From assembly GCA_964016885.1 (NCBI GenBank), contig OZ024744.1:31062001-31126000 (forward strand): a stretch of DNA of 64,000 bases. Direction: 5' to 3'. This DNA is from Eledone cirrhosa. Lineage: Eukaryota. A model generated the notes under the pieces. It ran no database searches. It saw only the letters and a program-made list of their open reading frames with translations, and was not told the DNA's origin. Each line of letters begins with the position of its first letter. The stretch's first letter is position 1. This document shows, piece by piece, positions 62,401 through 64,000 of the stretch. The translations under genes were made by a program, and so were the position numbers.

Positions 62401-64000
62401 CCACACTATTTCTATCTATTTTCCTAATAAAGATCCTGTCTATATACGATCTAGATGGCCCCATTCGGTTGGTCCATGTCCATACTAGCACATTGGGGAA
62501 ATCTAGTCGATACCTGTCAGACAGTTGGAACTGGCTGAGGAGGTGCTTGAGGCTTTTGCACCCCCCCCCCCCCCCGCTCCTATCGGCTACTCCCACACAA
62601 TCCCAGCGTGCGTCTAAAATGCCATTCCAGTCCCCCGCTAACAGTAAAGGGCGAGACGTACCCAGAAAGGTCTCCAGGCGCCTAAAGAAGTCCGGTCGCC
62701 CGGACCCTGTAGGGACGTTGACGGCCAGCAGTCTAAAGGCACAACCTTCGCTACTGCTCACATCCAAGACCACCAACTTACCGTCCGAGTCCCGGAAGAT
62801 GGACCTTACCTCGAGATCCAGTCCTTTCCTAAACAGCTCTGCCACCCCACCTCCCATTCTCTGCCTGCTAACAGATGCGAAGATCTGATAATCGACGAAA
62901 ATGGGGGCTAGTGCGCGCGTGTCGGAAATTCTGGTCTCGCTGACGGCAATCACATCCATTTCCAGCGACTTGAGGTCGTTGAGCAGGCGACCCTGCTTCC
63001 AGGGTGACTCCAGGCCGCGAACATTTAAACTTCCTACTCCTAATATGGCCATGTTGGTAAGCTAAGAGAGAGAGAGGGAAGGTTTACTTACCTCCCGGGG
63101 TCTTGTGAATGTCGGGTGGTTCGACCTCCATGTTTGGTGGGGTTTCTTTTAGGAACCCCTTTAAAAATCTCGATGTGGGTTTCACATTCGGGGTTCCCAC
63201 GTCTTGAGGAAAGCTCTCTTGAATTTCTTTGAAGGAATTGAGTGACATTCGGACCAGAAGCAAATCTTCTGGCACGCAAAATGTGCTCATTTCAAAAATC
63301 TCCCCTTCTGTTTGAATGTCCTCGCTTCGTGCTAAGAGGGCCATCAGTTTATCGTTGGCCCTTCTGACAAGCACGAAGTTTTTAACATTTTGTTGGTGTG
63401 GTTTTATTTGTTTTCGTTTTGGTGACTGGGGTGGTGATGGGTTTGGTGGTGTTGTTTCTGGTATGTCTGTGTTTGTTGTAGGTGTGGTGTCTGCAATTTC
63501 AGGTATTTGTGTTTGTTTAGGTTGTTGCGTTTCGGGGATTGGGGGGTGGGTCGACGTTGCTGTTGGTGCTGATGTTATTGGGGAAGTGTTTGCGTTAGTG
63601 GTGTCTGTATTTTTTGTTGTGTATGTTTTTGTGTTTTATTGGGTTTTTTTGTTGAGTTTTCTCTGTTATTTTTTTGCATTTTTTGGTTTTCCTTCATCTT
63701 CGCTGCTGGAAGACAAAGGGTCTGAGTCTGTGAGTATCTCTGTGTCTGTGTGTGCGTTTATTGTTTTGTCTATGTGTATAATTGGGAGGGTAAGAAAAGT
63801 GGGAGAGCTTTCCTCGTTTTCCCCTTGGATTGGTTTTGGTGATCGTGGTGATCCGGCTGTTTTTGATGTTGGTGCCCGTGTCTTTGTTGGTGTTGTTTTT
63901 GGTGGTGGTGGTGGTGGTGCAGCTTTCCGTGCTGACACTGGCGTTGGCAACAAAGTAGATTTGCGACCCCCTGCATTTTTGTGCAAATGAAATTTGAAAA
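59457..64000 (-). mobile_element. Tx1 copy I, distinct subfamily, runs off the right edge; 3' end in (ATT)n
   Basis: ORF2 from ATG 63052 (MAILGVGSLNVRGL) to TAG 59736, frameshifted; ORF1 C-terminus at 63084-64000; (TAA)n at 59444-59456. Confidence 0.9.

Overview
This is an animal intergenic window with no recognisable host gene; the SINE family suggests an octopod cephalopod, which is an inference. It consists almost entirely of transposable elements and microsatellites. There are nine copies of Tx1-clade (L1-group) non-LTR retrotransposons from several subfamilies. Seven plus-strand copies are stacked head-to-tail in (TATC)n tracts, and one of them (35773-41477) has open ORF1 and ORF2. Two minus-strand copies sit in (ATT)n tracts. 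Also present are an R4/Dong-like RLE element in (CATA)n, a Naiad-type and a second Penelope-like element with hammerhead ribozymes, several solo or inverted pLTR remnants, Ingi/Vingi and RTE fragments, tRNA-derived SINEs, a Tc2/pogo remnant and a HINE-like element. Top observation: across four divergent Tx1 subfamilies, ORF2 appears to lie entirely inside a conserved GT-AG intron. An AG|GTAAGT donor sits at the end of ORF1 in three different codon phases, and the ORF2 stop codon TAG doubles as the acceptor. In-silico splicing always closes ORF1 within 1-4 codons. Second observation: a complete HDV-like ribozyme whose core is nearly identical to the mammalian CPEB3 ribozyme forms the 5' end of the Ingi/Vingi element (699-770, minus strand).
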